Source: Pontimonas sp.
GTDB taxonomy: Bacteria; Actinomycetota; Actinomycetes; Actinomycetales; Microbacteriaceae
Length of the DNA stretch: 32,298 nucleotides
Direction of reading: 5' to 3'
Assembly (NCBI GenBank): GCA_023263045.1
Contig: JALQXU010000001.1
Coordinates: forward strand, 307-32,604
In this document: positions 8,231 through 16,887 of the stretch, in pieces
How positions within the stretch are numbered: the stretch's first letter is position 1
Layout: each line of letters begins with the position of its first letter
Position numbers and translations under genes: made by a program
Notes under the pieces: model-generated
Database searches by the model: none
What the model saw: only the letters and a program-made list of their open reading frames with translations
Told to the model about the DNA's origin: nothing

Positions 8231-8689
8231 TTACGAGCGGGTTAACCGAGGGAAGAATCGTCCGGTGCGGGCCGCGTACTCTGTGTAGCCCTCATGCTTT
8301 TCCGAGAGCATCCTCTCTTCCCCCAGAGCCTTCACGGTGAGAACCAACCAGAGGAGAACAAATCCGATGATGTGCGCGAGAGAGGCCTGGAACACGGCAA
8401 CCCCAGCAGCCGCCAGGAGCACCCCGGTGTAGATCGGATGACGAACATGTCGATAGAAGCCGCCGGTGATGAGTTCGCCCTCTGCTTTGGGGATGGGAAG
8501 AGGAGTGAGATTCGGGCCCAACCTCATTCCCGCAAGCGCGGCAACAACCACGCCCATCATCACCAGAATCCCTCCCGCAACAGCGGAGAGCACACCTCGA
8601 GACCACAGATCCCCCGCGGGGAGGATGATGAGCGCGGCCAACAACCCGAACTGAGCACCCACGAGTGCCCAACCGGTCGAGGGAGTCAT
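8231..8689 (-). CDS. Isoprenylcysteine carboxyl methyltransferase / PEMT-family membrane protein
   Basis: LGPNLTPLPIP, LITGGFYRHVRHPIYTG, EERML, Y..Y...TGRFFP. Confidence 0.88.
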   Translation of the reverse strand: MTPSTGWALVGAQFGLLAALIILPAGDLWSRGVLSAVAGGILVMMGVVVAALAGMRLGPNLTPLPIPKAEGELITGGFYRHVRHPIYTGVLLAAAGVAVFQASLAHIIGFVLLWLVLTVKALGEERMLSEKHEGYTEYAARTGRFFPRLTRS

Positions 8690-8693
8690 GTCC

Positions 8694-10709
8694 CTACGCT
8701 AAACCGTTTTCGTAGGCTCGAGCCTCTTCTTGGCGAGCGTGCTCTTCACCGGTCGCAATCGGAGCCCGAATGTGTCCTTCGGCGAGACCAAAACTGTCGA
8801 CAAGGTCTAGTGCGTGCGGTCGCAAACGAGGAAGCAACCTGTGGTTGATGTAGTCGGTGATCGCCTCGGCGCGATGAGCGCTCAAGCGACCCTTCATCAG
8901 GTACCAGTCTCGATGCTTCTCGATCAACGTGAAACCGTGGAGGTCACGCAACCATCGCATCACCTGTTTGTTGGCACCTTCTTCCATGCGATCCACCGCG
9001 TGCGTGAGGGCTTCCCACACCACGAGCTCTGCGTGTGCCCACGCGGCGTCAATCAGCGCGCTCTGGTGCTTGTTCATCAGCTCCGCTGCCTCTGTCGGAG
9101 GAAGCTTGCTGGCGGGTTTCAGGTGATCGGCAATCTCAGCAACCATGCTGTGTACTCGATCGGTGAGGAGCTGTCGCTGGGAGGCGGTGCTTCTCACGTA
9201 ACCGATTGACCGGGCTGTGGAGCCAAAGTCAGCGACGTTCTGAGCGAGCCTACGCAGACCCGACCGGTTGAACGCTGCATCGCCGACCTGGTCTGCCAGG
9301 TATCCCGCCATCGTTCCAAAATCGGCACCCTTGAATTGCTTGGCATAGTCACCGAGCAGACGCTTTGCCACGAGTTGAAGCAAGACGGTGTTGTCTCCTT
9401 CGAAGGTGGCGTAGACATCCATGTCCCCGTGGAGCGTGGAGAGTCTGTTCTCGGCGAGGTAACCCTGACCACCACATGACTCACGGGCAGCCTGAATAAT
9501 GTCGAGAGCCGACCAGGTCGCGTAGGGCTTGAGTGCCGCAGCGAGAGTCTCAAGATCCTGGCGTTCTTCCTCGGTGTCACGCGCTCCGCTAAAGACGTCG
9601 TGGAAGCTCGCGAGCAACTCGTCCTGAGCAAACACCATGGCGTAAGCGTTGGCGAGACGGGGAAGCAGTCGGCGCTGGTGCTGCTGATAATCCATCAGCA
9701 CCTGTTCGGTGTTAGTCCCGGGGACGGGGAACTGGCGACGCACCACGGCGTACTTTACGGCGATGGTCATCGCCAACTGGGATGCCACTGCCGCTGCACC
9801 CACCAGAGACACACGACCCTGAACGAGGGTTCCGAGGATGATGAAGAATCGACGACCTCTACTCTCAATCGGAGACGAGTACACACCGTTTTCGTCGACC
9901 GAGCCATAGCGATCGAGCAGGTTCTCGCGAGGAACGCGCACGTTGGTGAAGTGGAGTCGACCATTGTCGATCCCGTTCAGCCCTCCCTTGGGTCCATCGT
10001 CATCCCCGCCGATACCCGGGAGGAAACCGTTGTCGTCTCGGAGCGGGACGTAGAGAGCGTGAACACCGTGGTTTTCGCCGCCCACAATGAGCTGGGCGAA
10101 CACCACCGCCGCTTTGCCATGGAGTGCGGCATTGCCGATGTAGTCCTTCCACGCTCCACGGTGAGGAGTGTGGAGCACAAAGTCGCCCGTTTTCTCGTCA
10201 TACGTGGCCGTCGTCGCGATGGACGCCACATCGGACCCGTGGCCGGTTTCGGTCATGGCAAAACATCCGGGGGTCTCGAGGGACATGATGCCGGGCAGGT
10301 ACTTCAAGTGGTGTTTCTCGGTTCCGAGATGCATCACAGCTGCACCAAAGAGCCCCCACTGAACTCCTGACTTGATTTGGAGGGAAGGATCGGCGAGAAC
10401 GAGCTGTTCAAAGTTGGCAATGTTCCCACCGGGGTCCGCTTTTCCGCCCACGCTCTCCGGAAAGGACAACAACACTCCGCCACCTTCAACGAGGAGGCCC
10501 AGCTGTTCGAGGACCCTCGCGCGGTGCTCCGGAATCGGTTGGCCCTCGATCTTCCACATGTCCGGTCGTTCACAGAGCGCACGGGCTTTCCGCCTGGTCT
10601 CTGCCCAACGACCAAGCAGGTATTCACCAAGGGCAGCCGTATCGAGGGACAGTTCTTCGCTGGCGGGAAAAACCTCACTTGTCTGTGAAGTCTCGGTAGT
10701 GACCGACAT
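8694..10709 (-). CDS. Acyl-CoA oxidase / acyl-CoA dehydrogenase family protein
   Basis: GCFAMTETGHGSDV, KDYIGNAA, KGGLNGIDNG, RESCGGQGY, TFEGDNTVLLQ. SD AGGAG before ATG 10709 (MSVTTE) favours it over the track start at 10820. Confidence 0.9.
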   Translation of the reverse strand: MSVTTETSQTSEVFPASEELSLDTAALGEYLLGRWAETRRKARALCERPDMWKIEGQPIPEHRARVLEQLGLLVEGGGVLLSFPESVGGKADPGGNIANFEQLVLADPSLQIKSGVQWGLFGAAVMHLGTEKHHLKYLPGIMSLETPGCFAMTETGHGSDVASIATTATYDEKTGDFVLHTPHRGAWKDYIGNAALHGKAAVVFAQLIVGGENHGVHALYVPLRDDNGFLPGIGGDDDGPKGGLNGIDNGRLHFTNVRVPRENLLDRYGSVDENGVYSSPIESRGRRFFIILGTLVQGRVSLVGAAAVASQLAMTIAVKYAVVRRQFPVPGTNTEQVLMDYQQHQRRLLPRLANAYAMVFAQDELLASFHDVFSGARDTEEERQDLETLAAALKPYATWSALDIIQAARESCGGQGYLAENRLSTLHGDMDVYATFEGDNTVLLQLVAKRLLGDYAKQFKGADFGTMAGYLADQVGDAAFNRSGLRRLAQNVADFGSTARSIGYVRSTASQRQLLTDRVHSMVAEIADHLKPASKLPPTEAAELMNKHQSALIDAAWAHAELVVWEALTHAVDRMEEGANKQVMRWLRDLHGFTLIEKHRDWYLMKGRLSAHRAEAITDYINHRLLPRLRPHALDLVDSFGLAEGHIRAPIATGEEHARQEEARAYENGLA

Positions 10710-10882
10710 CGCACACTCCTTGTTGTTTCCGGAGAAATCTGAAGAAAGGATACGCCGGCAGCCTGAAACCCTCCATCGGAATAGGGTGCGAACACCATCG
10801 ACAGGTGGAACTATCGCCACCTCTTTGTTGATGTTCTACTACAACAAACCCTCTCAGTTAGCGCTCGGCGAACACGAGTTTG

Positions 10883-10908
10883 GGAAATATACCCCATGGG
10901 GTATCGTG
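10883..10908 (+). promoter_or_regulatory. SigR/SigH-like promoter with a perfect CsoR-family-like palindrome in its spacer
   Basis: GGAAA-N18-GTG versus consensus GGAAT-N18-GTT. ATACCCCATGGGGTAT (10889-10904) is a perfect 16-bp palindrome. Confidence 0.6.
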
Positions 10909-10930
10909 GGAGCAGACGAAAGGACGATAC

Positions 10931-11314
10931 ATGCCCACGATTGATCTCACCTACGAAGACTTTGAAAAGACCGTCACCTCGGACGGCATCACCCTTGTCG
11001 ATTTCTGGGCGAGCTGGTGTGGACCGTGTGTTGCCTTTGCACCCGTCTTCGAAGCTGCCAGCAACGAGCACACGGATGTCACGTTTGGAAAGGTCGACAC
11101 GGAGGCGCAGCCTGCGCTCTCCCAAGCCGCGAATATTCGCTCCATCCCGACCTTGATGGCGTTCCGCGACGGGATCCTGGTTTTCTCACAACCCGGCGCC
11201 CTGCCCGCACCCGCTCTAGAAGAAGTCATTACTGCGGTCAAAGGACTCGACATGGATGACGTCCGCAAGCAGGTCGAAGAAGCTCAGGCGGCGGAAGCCG
11301 CCAAACAGGCCTAG
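10931..11314 (+). CDS. trxA: Thioredoxin (actinobacterial TrxB1/TrxC-like, with C-terminal extension)
   Basis: DFWASWCGPC, IRSIPTLMAFRDG, QPGALP...LDMDDVR. SD AAAGGA favours ATG 10931. Confidence 0.93.
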   Translation: MPTIDLTYEDFEKTVTSDGITLVDFWASWCGPCVAFAPVFEAASNEHTDVTFGKVDTEAQPALSQAANIRSIPTLMAFRDGILVFSQPGALPAPALEEVITAVKGLDMDDVRKQVEEAQAAEAAKQA

Positions 11315-12021
11315 AGCTCGTTCCGAGATCGGAAGGTCCTGCGGACCTTCTCCACGAAGGTTGTTGCCGGTGGTTCGTTGTAACCATCGGCGCGTTCCTG
11401 GCCCGACATGGCAGCGATCGCGTCCATCACCTCGTCGGTAGCGTGCCGCCGTGCTCGACCCGAGTCAGCCTTACCGTGGTGGGAAAGGTCGAGAGGCTCC
11501 CCAAACTGAATGGTGACCTTGGCGGGACGGATACCTTTCGTCCCAATGGGTTGGACCTTGTCTGTGCCGGAGAGGGCAACGGGAACAACAGGCACGCCAG
11601 CATTCAGAGCAAGCCAGGCCACCCCCGTCTTGCCTCGATAGAGGCGACCATCCCTGGACCTCGTTCCCTCCGGATATATCGCAAAAGCCTCACCCTCATG
11701 AAGCAGGCCTAAGCCCGCATCTAGCGCATCCTGTGCCGCTTGCCCCACCCCTCGGGTGACCGGAATTGCACCGATGCTCCGAAAGAACGTCCTCGACAGG
11801 AAGCCCTTGACGCCTTTGCCGGTGAAGTAACTGTCCTTTGCAAGAAACGAAACGGGTCGTGGCGCGAACAACGTGATGATGACGCTGTCGATAAAGGACA
11901 GGTGGTTACTCGCCAAAATGACTGGACCGGTGCGGGGCACGTTCTTTCGCCCCACAATCTTGGCGCGAAACAGACCCCTGGCCACGGGGCCCAGAGTGAG
12001 GCGACTCACCTGCTTCAGCAT
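11311..12021 (-). CDS. plsC: 1-acyl-sn-glycerol-3-phosphate acyltransferase (PlsC family)
   Basis: NHLSFID, FLAK, YPEGTRS, VPVVPV motifs. Confidence 0.9.
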   Translation of the reverse strand: MLKQVSRLTLGPVARGLFRAKIVGRKNVPRTGPVILASNHLSFIDSVIITLFAPRPVSFLAKDSYFTGKGVKGFLSRTFFRSIGAIPVTRGVGQAAQDALDAGLGLLHEGEAFAIYPEGTRSRDGRLYRGKTGVAWLALNAGVPVVPVALSGTDKVQPIGTKGIRPAKVTIQFGEPLDLSHHGKADSGRARRHATDEVMDAIAAMSGQERADGYNEPPATTFVEKVRRTFRSRNEL

Positions 12022-12030
12022 GAAAAAAGC

Positions 12031-12576
12031 CTAGAGGCGTTTCCCTGGTTTCTTTATTTTCGCCGGGATTCCTACCGCTAGTGCACCCGCTGGCACGTCA
12101 TCCAGCACCACGGCCTTCGCCCCAATAGTTGCTCCATCGCCCACAGTTATCGGGCCCAACAGGGTTGCTCCCGATCCAATCGTGACACCATTACCCACGG
12201 AAGGGTGGCGCCGCCCCTGGCTTTCCTCTCTCGCCTGGGCAACCTTTCCGCCGAGGGTCACTCCGTGATAAATCAAACAGTCATCACCGACCGTCGCAGT
12301 CTCGCCAATAACGACACCCATTCCGTGATCGATCACGAGGCGACGGCCCAGAGTGGCACCGGGATGAATCTCTATTCCTGTGAAAGTCCGCGCAATGTTC
12401 GAGAGGATTCTCGCGATGAGGAACCATTCCCAACGCCAAAACCACGACGCCACCCGATGCCACCACAGCGCGTGAACACCGGGGGACGTCAGGAACACTT
12501 CAAGGTTGTTGCGCGCGGCAGGATCACGTTCCCGCACCGCGGCGAGATCCTCGCCCATGCGACTGGAATGAGTCAT
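12031..12576 (-). CDS. cysE: Serine O-acetyltransferase
   Basis: [31 protein letters not shown], hexapeptide repeats. ATG 12576 follows the cysK stop directly. Confidence 0.95.
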   Translation of the reverse strand: MTHSSRMGEDLAAVRERDPAARNNLEVFLTSPGVHALWWHRVASWFWRWEWFLIARILSNIARTFTGIEIHPGATLGRRLVIDHGMGVVIGETATVGDDCLIYHGVTLGGKVAQAREESQGRRHPSVGNGVTIGSGATLLGPITVGDGATIGAKAVVLDDVPAGALAVGIPAKIKKPGKRL

Positions 12577-12577
12577 G

Positions 12578-13513
12578 TTAGGTATCGAGACCCTCGTAGA
12601 GAACGGTAGAGAGGTAGCGCTCTCCAAAGCTTGCCAGAATCACGACGATAGTCGAGCCAGCGAGCTCTGGTCGCTGTGCCAACTCCACCGCGGCGTGAGC
12701 CGTCGCACCAGAAGAAATACCGCCCAGGATTCCCTCCTCGGCGCCCAGGCGCCGCGCCATGTCGACAGCCTGCTGACTCGTGACATCAATGACCTCGTCG
12801 AAGACCTCACGGTCCAAGATGGCCGGAACAAAGTTCGCACCAATTCCCTGAATCTTGTGGGGTCCAGCCTCACCTCCATTGAGAAGAGGAGACTCGAGGG
12901 GCTCCACACCGACAACGCGCAGTCCGGGCTTGCGCTCCTTCAAGACCTGGCCAGTCCCCGTCAAGGTTCCTCCAGTTCCGACACCGGCGACGAAGACGTC
13001 GACGGCACCGTCGGTGTCCCGCCAAATCTCCTCCGCAGTGGTCTTCCGGTGAATCTCGGGGTTGGCGGGGTTTTCGAACTGCCTGGCCAACACAGCCCCG
13101 GGTATCTCGGCAGCGATCTCGATGGCTTTATTGACCGCACCAGTCATTCCCTCAGCCCCGGGTGTGAGAACGAGGGTTGCACCATAGGCCCGCAGGAGCA
13201 TCCGTCGCTCGCTACTCATGGTCTCTGGCATCGCCAAGACCGCTTTGTAGCCCCTGGCGGCTGCCACCATGGCCAGAGCAATACCGGTATTGCCACTGGT
13301 GGCTTCCACGATTGTTCCGCCCGGCTGCAACTCCCCCGACGCTTCAGCCGCATCGACCACGGCGATGGCGAGACGATCTTTCACCGATGAGGAGGGGTTA
13401 TAGAACTCGAGCTTGGCGAGCACTGTCGCGCCCGCTCCCTCCGTCACCCGATTCAAACGAACGAGTGGAGTGTTACCGAACGCTTCGGTGATGTTTCCGT
13501 ACACAAGTGACAC
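12578..13513 (-). CDS. cysK: Cysteine synthase A
   Basis: [17 protein letters not shown] (PLP lysine), TSGNTG, GVGTGGT, HKIQGIG, GERYLST. SD AGGAGG favours GTG 13513. Confidence 0.96.
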   Translation of the reverse strand: MSLVYGNITEAFGNTPLVRLNRVTEGAGATVLAKLEFYNPSSSVKDRLAIAVVDAAEASGELQPGGTIVEATSGNTGIALAMVAAARGYKAVLAMPETMSSERRMLLRAYGATLVLTPGAEGMTGAVNKAIEIAAEIPGAVLARQFENPANPEIHRKTTAEEIWRDTDGAVDVFVAGVGTGGTLTGTGQVLKERKPGLRVVGVEPLESPLLNGGEAGPHKIQGIGANFVPAILDREVFDEVIDVTSQQAVDMARRLGAEEGILGGISSGATAHAAVELAQRPELAGSTIVVILASFGERYLSTVLYEGLDT

Positions 13514-13535
13514 GAGTTTTCCTCCTAGAGACCCC

Positions 13536-13563
13536 AACCGGGAATCCTTACAGGGTATTCCCG
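13536..13563 (-). promoter_or_regulatory. SigR/SigH-consensus promoter for cysK-cysE overlapping an inverted repeat
   Basis: Minus strand GGAAT-ACCCTGTAAGGATTCCCG (18 nt)-GTT is an exact GGAAT-N18-GTT match. Inverted repeat CGGGAAT...ATTCCCG spans 13539-13563. Confidence 0.65.
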
Positions 13564-13619
13564 AATGGTCTGAACATTCCCACGGAAGGTAATACTGTTA
13601 CGACGATGAAAGCTTCTCC

Positions 13620-14489
13620 GTGCTGACCGTTGCACTCGGCCTCATTGGGGCATTGGCCTACGGGGGTGCCGATTTTTACGGCGGACTTGCCTCACGACGA
13701 TCCTCGACCATCCTCACCACTCTCGGTGTCGCCCTCGTCGGTCTCATCGGGCTTGCGCTGACCTCACCCTTTGTGCAGGCGGTCTCGAGCTACGACGCGT
13801 GGTTTTATGGTGCGGCATCCGGTCTTGCGGGAGCAATTGGAATTGGACTTCTGTACGGCAGTTTGGCCATCGGGCCCATGAGCATCCTGTCGCCCGCGAC
13901 TGCTTTTATCTCTGCAATCGTCCCCGTCAGCGTTGGACTATCGATGGGAGAAGGCGGTGGCTGGTCTTTCACCGTCGCAATCGGTCTCGCTCTGATTGCC
14001 ATCATCTTGGTCGGCTTTGTTCCCGAACAAGGAGCGGTCCGCCCTCGGCCTATTGGCCTCCTGATGGCAGCGGGTTCTGGAACTTTCATCGGTTTCACTG
14101 TCATTCTGATTGACCTCTCGCCGGCAGATTCCGGACTCATCCCTTTGCTCGCCAACAGAATGGTGTCCTCCACCGCTCTCATCCTCGCCACCGCGGTCCT
14201 CGTCCTCTCACGGGTCGCACGGGCACAGACTCCTCGACTACCTGGGCTCGTCCAAATACGGACGGTTTGGACGATGATCGTGATTGCCGGAGTCTTGGAT
14301 GTTCTGGCCAACGTTGCCGTGATCTATGGTCTTCGATCGGGAGCGCTGTCTGTTGTCTCCGTACTCATCGCGCTCTACCCTGCCGGCACAATCCTTCTGG
14401 CCAACGTTGTGCTCAAAGAGCGCATCGCTCCGATCCAGTGGGCAGGCCTCGCACTGGCGTTGACCGCCAGTGCACTACTGGCCCTCTAG
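13620..14489 (+). CDS. EamA/DMT-family transporter
   Basis: About 10 transmembrane segments, YGGADFYGG, GPMSILSP, LYPAGTILLA.VVLKER. Confidence 0.88.
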   Translation: MLTVALGLIGALAYGGADFYGGLASRRSSTILTTLGVALVGLIGLALTSPFVQAVSSYDAWFYGAASGLAGAIGIGLLYGSLAIGPMSILSPATAFISAIVPVSVGLSMGEGGGWSFTVAIGLALIAIILVGFVPEQGAVRPRPIGLLMAAGSGTFIGFTVILIDLSPADSGLIPLLANRMVSSTALILATAVLVLSRVARAQTPRLPGLVQIRTVWTMIVIAGVLDVLANVAVIYGLRSGALSVVSVLIALYPAGTILLANVVLKERIAPIQWAGLALALTASALLAL

Positions 14490-16027
14490 GCGGGTAGGAG
14501 CACAGGCTGAGGCTTCGCGCTCTTCTCTTCGAGCTCACACGAGATCCCAGCCTGCTCCAAGAGCTCTACGAGCCGGCGTGATCGAGACCGAGTGGTCAAC
14601 GTCACGACTCGGCCCTCTCTTCCCGCTCGACCCGTGCGACCAGCACGATGAACATACGATTTGAAATCATCGGGCTGATCCACTTGGACCACGGTGTCAA
14701 TGTCATCAACGTGGATTCCACGAGCAGCAACATCCGTGGCCACGAGAACGTTCACCCGACCCGAAGTGAGCTTCTCGAGGTTTCTGGTTCGCCGAGCTTG
14801 GTTGAGGTCACCATGAAGACTGACAGCCGGTATTCCATTGTCATCGAGATAGTCCGAGAGGTCCTCCGCGAACGCTCTGGTCCTCGTGAACATCAGCACT
14901 TTGCCAGGGCCCTGGGCAAGCTCCAGAACAAGGTCTCGTTTCTGACGCTGGTCGACGACCCATACTCGGTGATCGATACTCGAGGACTCCTGGTTCTCAC
15001 CCTCGACCTCAAAGACCGCGGGGTTCGGAAGAAACTCCGCCACAATGTTTGCAACACCGGCATCGAGAGTCGCAGAGAACAGCAAACGTTGACCCTGCGG
15101 TGAGGTCGCTCGAAGAATCCGCCCCACAGGCTCGATGAAGCCCAGCTCCGACATATGGTCCGCTTCATCAATCACGGAAATGACGACCTCCGAGACGTCA
15201 AGCTTTCCCCTAGCCATCAAATCTTCGATCCGACCTGGGGTCCCGATCACAATGTCAACACCGCGCTCCAGGGCGCCAATTTGTCGGCCCAGAGGAACCC
15301 CGCCATACACCTGCGTGGTGAACAGTCCTACGCTCCTAGCAATCGGCTGGACCGTCCGATCGATTTGCAGGGCAAGCTCCCTGGTGGGAGCAAGAATCAG
15401 AGCACGGGGAGCTCGTCCTACAGCACGCTTCACACCTTTCTTGGAGAGTCTCAACAGGCGCTCGACCAGCGGTGCGCTAAACGCAATGGTCTTCCCAGAA
15501 CCCGTTCGACCACGCCCCAAGACATGGCGACCGGTCAGGGCGACAGGAATGGTGACAGCCTGCAACGCAAACGGAGTTATTGCTCCTTGAGCACGAATAG
15601 CCTCCGAGATGCGCTCTCCCAGACCCAAGTCACCGAACTCGAGACCCTCTCCCGCGTCGGACGCGACAGGTGTTGCTTCCAGTCGCTGGTGCGCAACGAC
15701 GGGTACCGGCTTACGCTGCGAATCCCTCCTGGGACCGCGCTGGTTTCCGCCACCACGGGGGGTTCGGACATCGCTGTGTCGGGGTGCTCGGCGCTCCTCG
15801 GAGGCAGCCCGGCGCTTGTGCTGTGGAATCGACGGGCGCTTAGTCGAACGAGTTGACCCGCCGTCTCGGTTTTCCGAAAAGTCTGATTTTGCCGAGGGCT
15901 TCCGACGGCGCCCTGACTGGGACTGATCGGGGGAGGCGTGACTCTTCGGTCTGCGCTTTTTCTGATCCTGGAAGGACGTGCGTTTCTTGGGTGGGCGCCA
16001 TGATGGCGCCTTCTTCGGCGAGGGCAT
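14486..16027 (-). CDS. DEAD-box RNA helicase
   Basis: TGSGKT, PTRELA, TPGR, DEAD, SAT, ARGIH, HRAGRTGRAG, plus a long basic N-terminal extension. Confidence 0.95.
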   Translation of the reverse strand: MPSPKKAPSWRPPKKRTSFQDQKKRRPKSHASPDQSQSGRRRKPSAKSDFSENRDGGSTRSTKRPSIPQHKRRAASEERRAPRHSDVRTPRGGGNQRGPRRDSQRKPVPVVAHQRLEATPVASDAGEGLEFGDLGLGERISEAIRAQGAITPFALQAVTIPVALTGRHVLGRGRTGSGKTIAFSAPLVERLLRLSKKGVKRAVGRAPRALILAPTRELALQIDRTVQPIARSVGLFTTQVYGGVPLGRQIGALERGVDIVIGTPGRIEDLMARGKLDVSEVVISVIDEADHMSELGFIEPVGRILRATSPQGQRLLFSATLDAGVANIVAEFLPNPAVFEVEGENQESSSIDHRVWVVDQRQKRDLVLELAQGPGKVLMFTRTRAFAEDLSDYLDDNGIPAVSLHGDLNQARRTRNLEKLTSGRVNVLVATDVAARGIHVDDIDTVVQVDQPDDFKSYVHRAGRTGRAGREGRVVTLTTRSRSRRLVELLEQAGISCELEEKSAKPQPVLLPA

Positions 16028-16214
16028 GAATACAGTCAGCTTTCTTTGTGATCAATGGGGAGAAGAGGTGTCGTACGTGACACCAGGCCCTGATCACCAC
16101 TAGCCAGACCGGGGCTGTTTCGTCTACACATGCGGCCGCTCTCACGATTGTGAGGCGATGGCCCACGAGGTTCGCCGTCGATGGCGTTCTCTTGTTCCGT
16201 CTATGAGAGTAGCA
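16028..16214 (-). promoter_or_regulatory. Helicase promoter and about 170-nt multi-hairpin 5' UTR
   Basis: Extended -10 TGcTACTCT (16214-16206). Nested stems GTGATCA/TGATCAC, GGTGTC/GACACC, CTCAC/GTGAG, CGCC/GGCG. Confidence 0.5.
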
Positions 16215-16269
16215 CTCGCCCACCGCTCAAGGCGAGCACAATCTTCCGGGCCCGGCGTAGAGTAAGCGC

Positions 16270-16887
16270 GTGCACCGGGGACTCCACTACGTCAGACGGT
16301 GGAGTCAACTCCTGTCCGGACTCTTCCTTTTCGGGTTCTCTGCCGCCATGATGTTGCGCGCGAGTTTCGGAGTCGACCCGTGGACTGTCTTCGCTGAAGG
16401 ATTCCACGTGACCTGGGGGTTTGGCTTTGGCTGGGTCATTGTGGTGAGCGGTCTTGTCGTGCTCCTCATCTGGATTCCGCTACGCCAGAAGCCAGGAATC
16501 GGAACGGTGCTGAACGCTTTTCTTGTGGGACCTTCGATGGAAGTCGGTCTAGCGCTCGTCGACACACCCGAGACCCTTCTTCAGCGGATATTCCTTTATG
16601 CATCAGGCCTTCTGATGATGGGGATCGCGAGCGGACTGTATATCGGTGCGCGGTTTGGTCCCGGTCCGAGGGACGGTCTCATGGTGGGCTTCAATGCACG
16701 CTTCGGTTACCCCATGTGGGCGGTGCGAACAGTGGTCGAAGTCACCGTCCTGGCCATTGGGTGGATCCTCGGCGGAAGCTTCGGTGTCGGAACCGTGGTG
16801 TTCGCTCTCGCGATCGGCCCACTCGCTCAACGATCCATTCGGGTCTTCAGAGTTCCCGACTATTCGTCAAACGCCACCGGCAAGTAA
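16270..16887 (+). CDS. YczE/YyaS/YitT-family membrane protein
   Basis: GVDPWTVF, WIPLRQKPGIGT, GPGPRDGLM, GGSFGVGT. Confidence 0.88.
   Translation: MHRGLHYVRRWSQLLSGLFLFGFSAAMMLRASFGVDPWTVFAEGFHVTWGFGFGWVIVVSGLVVLLIWIPLRQKPGIGTVLNAFLVGPSMEVGLALVDTPETLLQRIFLYASGLLMMGIASGLYIGARFGPGPRDGLMVGFNARFGYPMWAVRTVVEVTVLAIGWILGGSFGVGTVVFALAIGPLAQRSIRVFRVPDYSSNATGK

Noticed and set aside
10803-10822. AGGTGG-N8-CCACCT inverted repeat upstream of acyl-CoA oxidase
   Set aside because: Only 6-bp arms in GC-rich DNA, with no second copy noticed.
12575-13390. Long antisense ORFs (12575..13390, 9600..10370, 23464..24354, 31140..31901 and similar)
   Set aside because: Shadow frames opposite well-conserved genes, as expected from high-GC codon bias.
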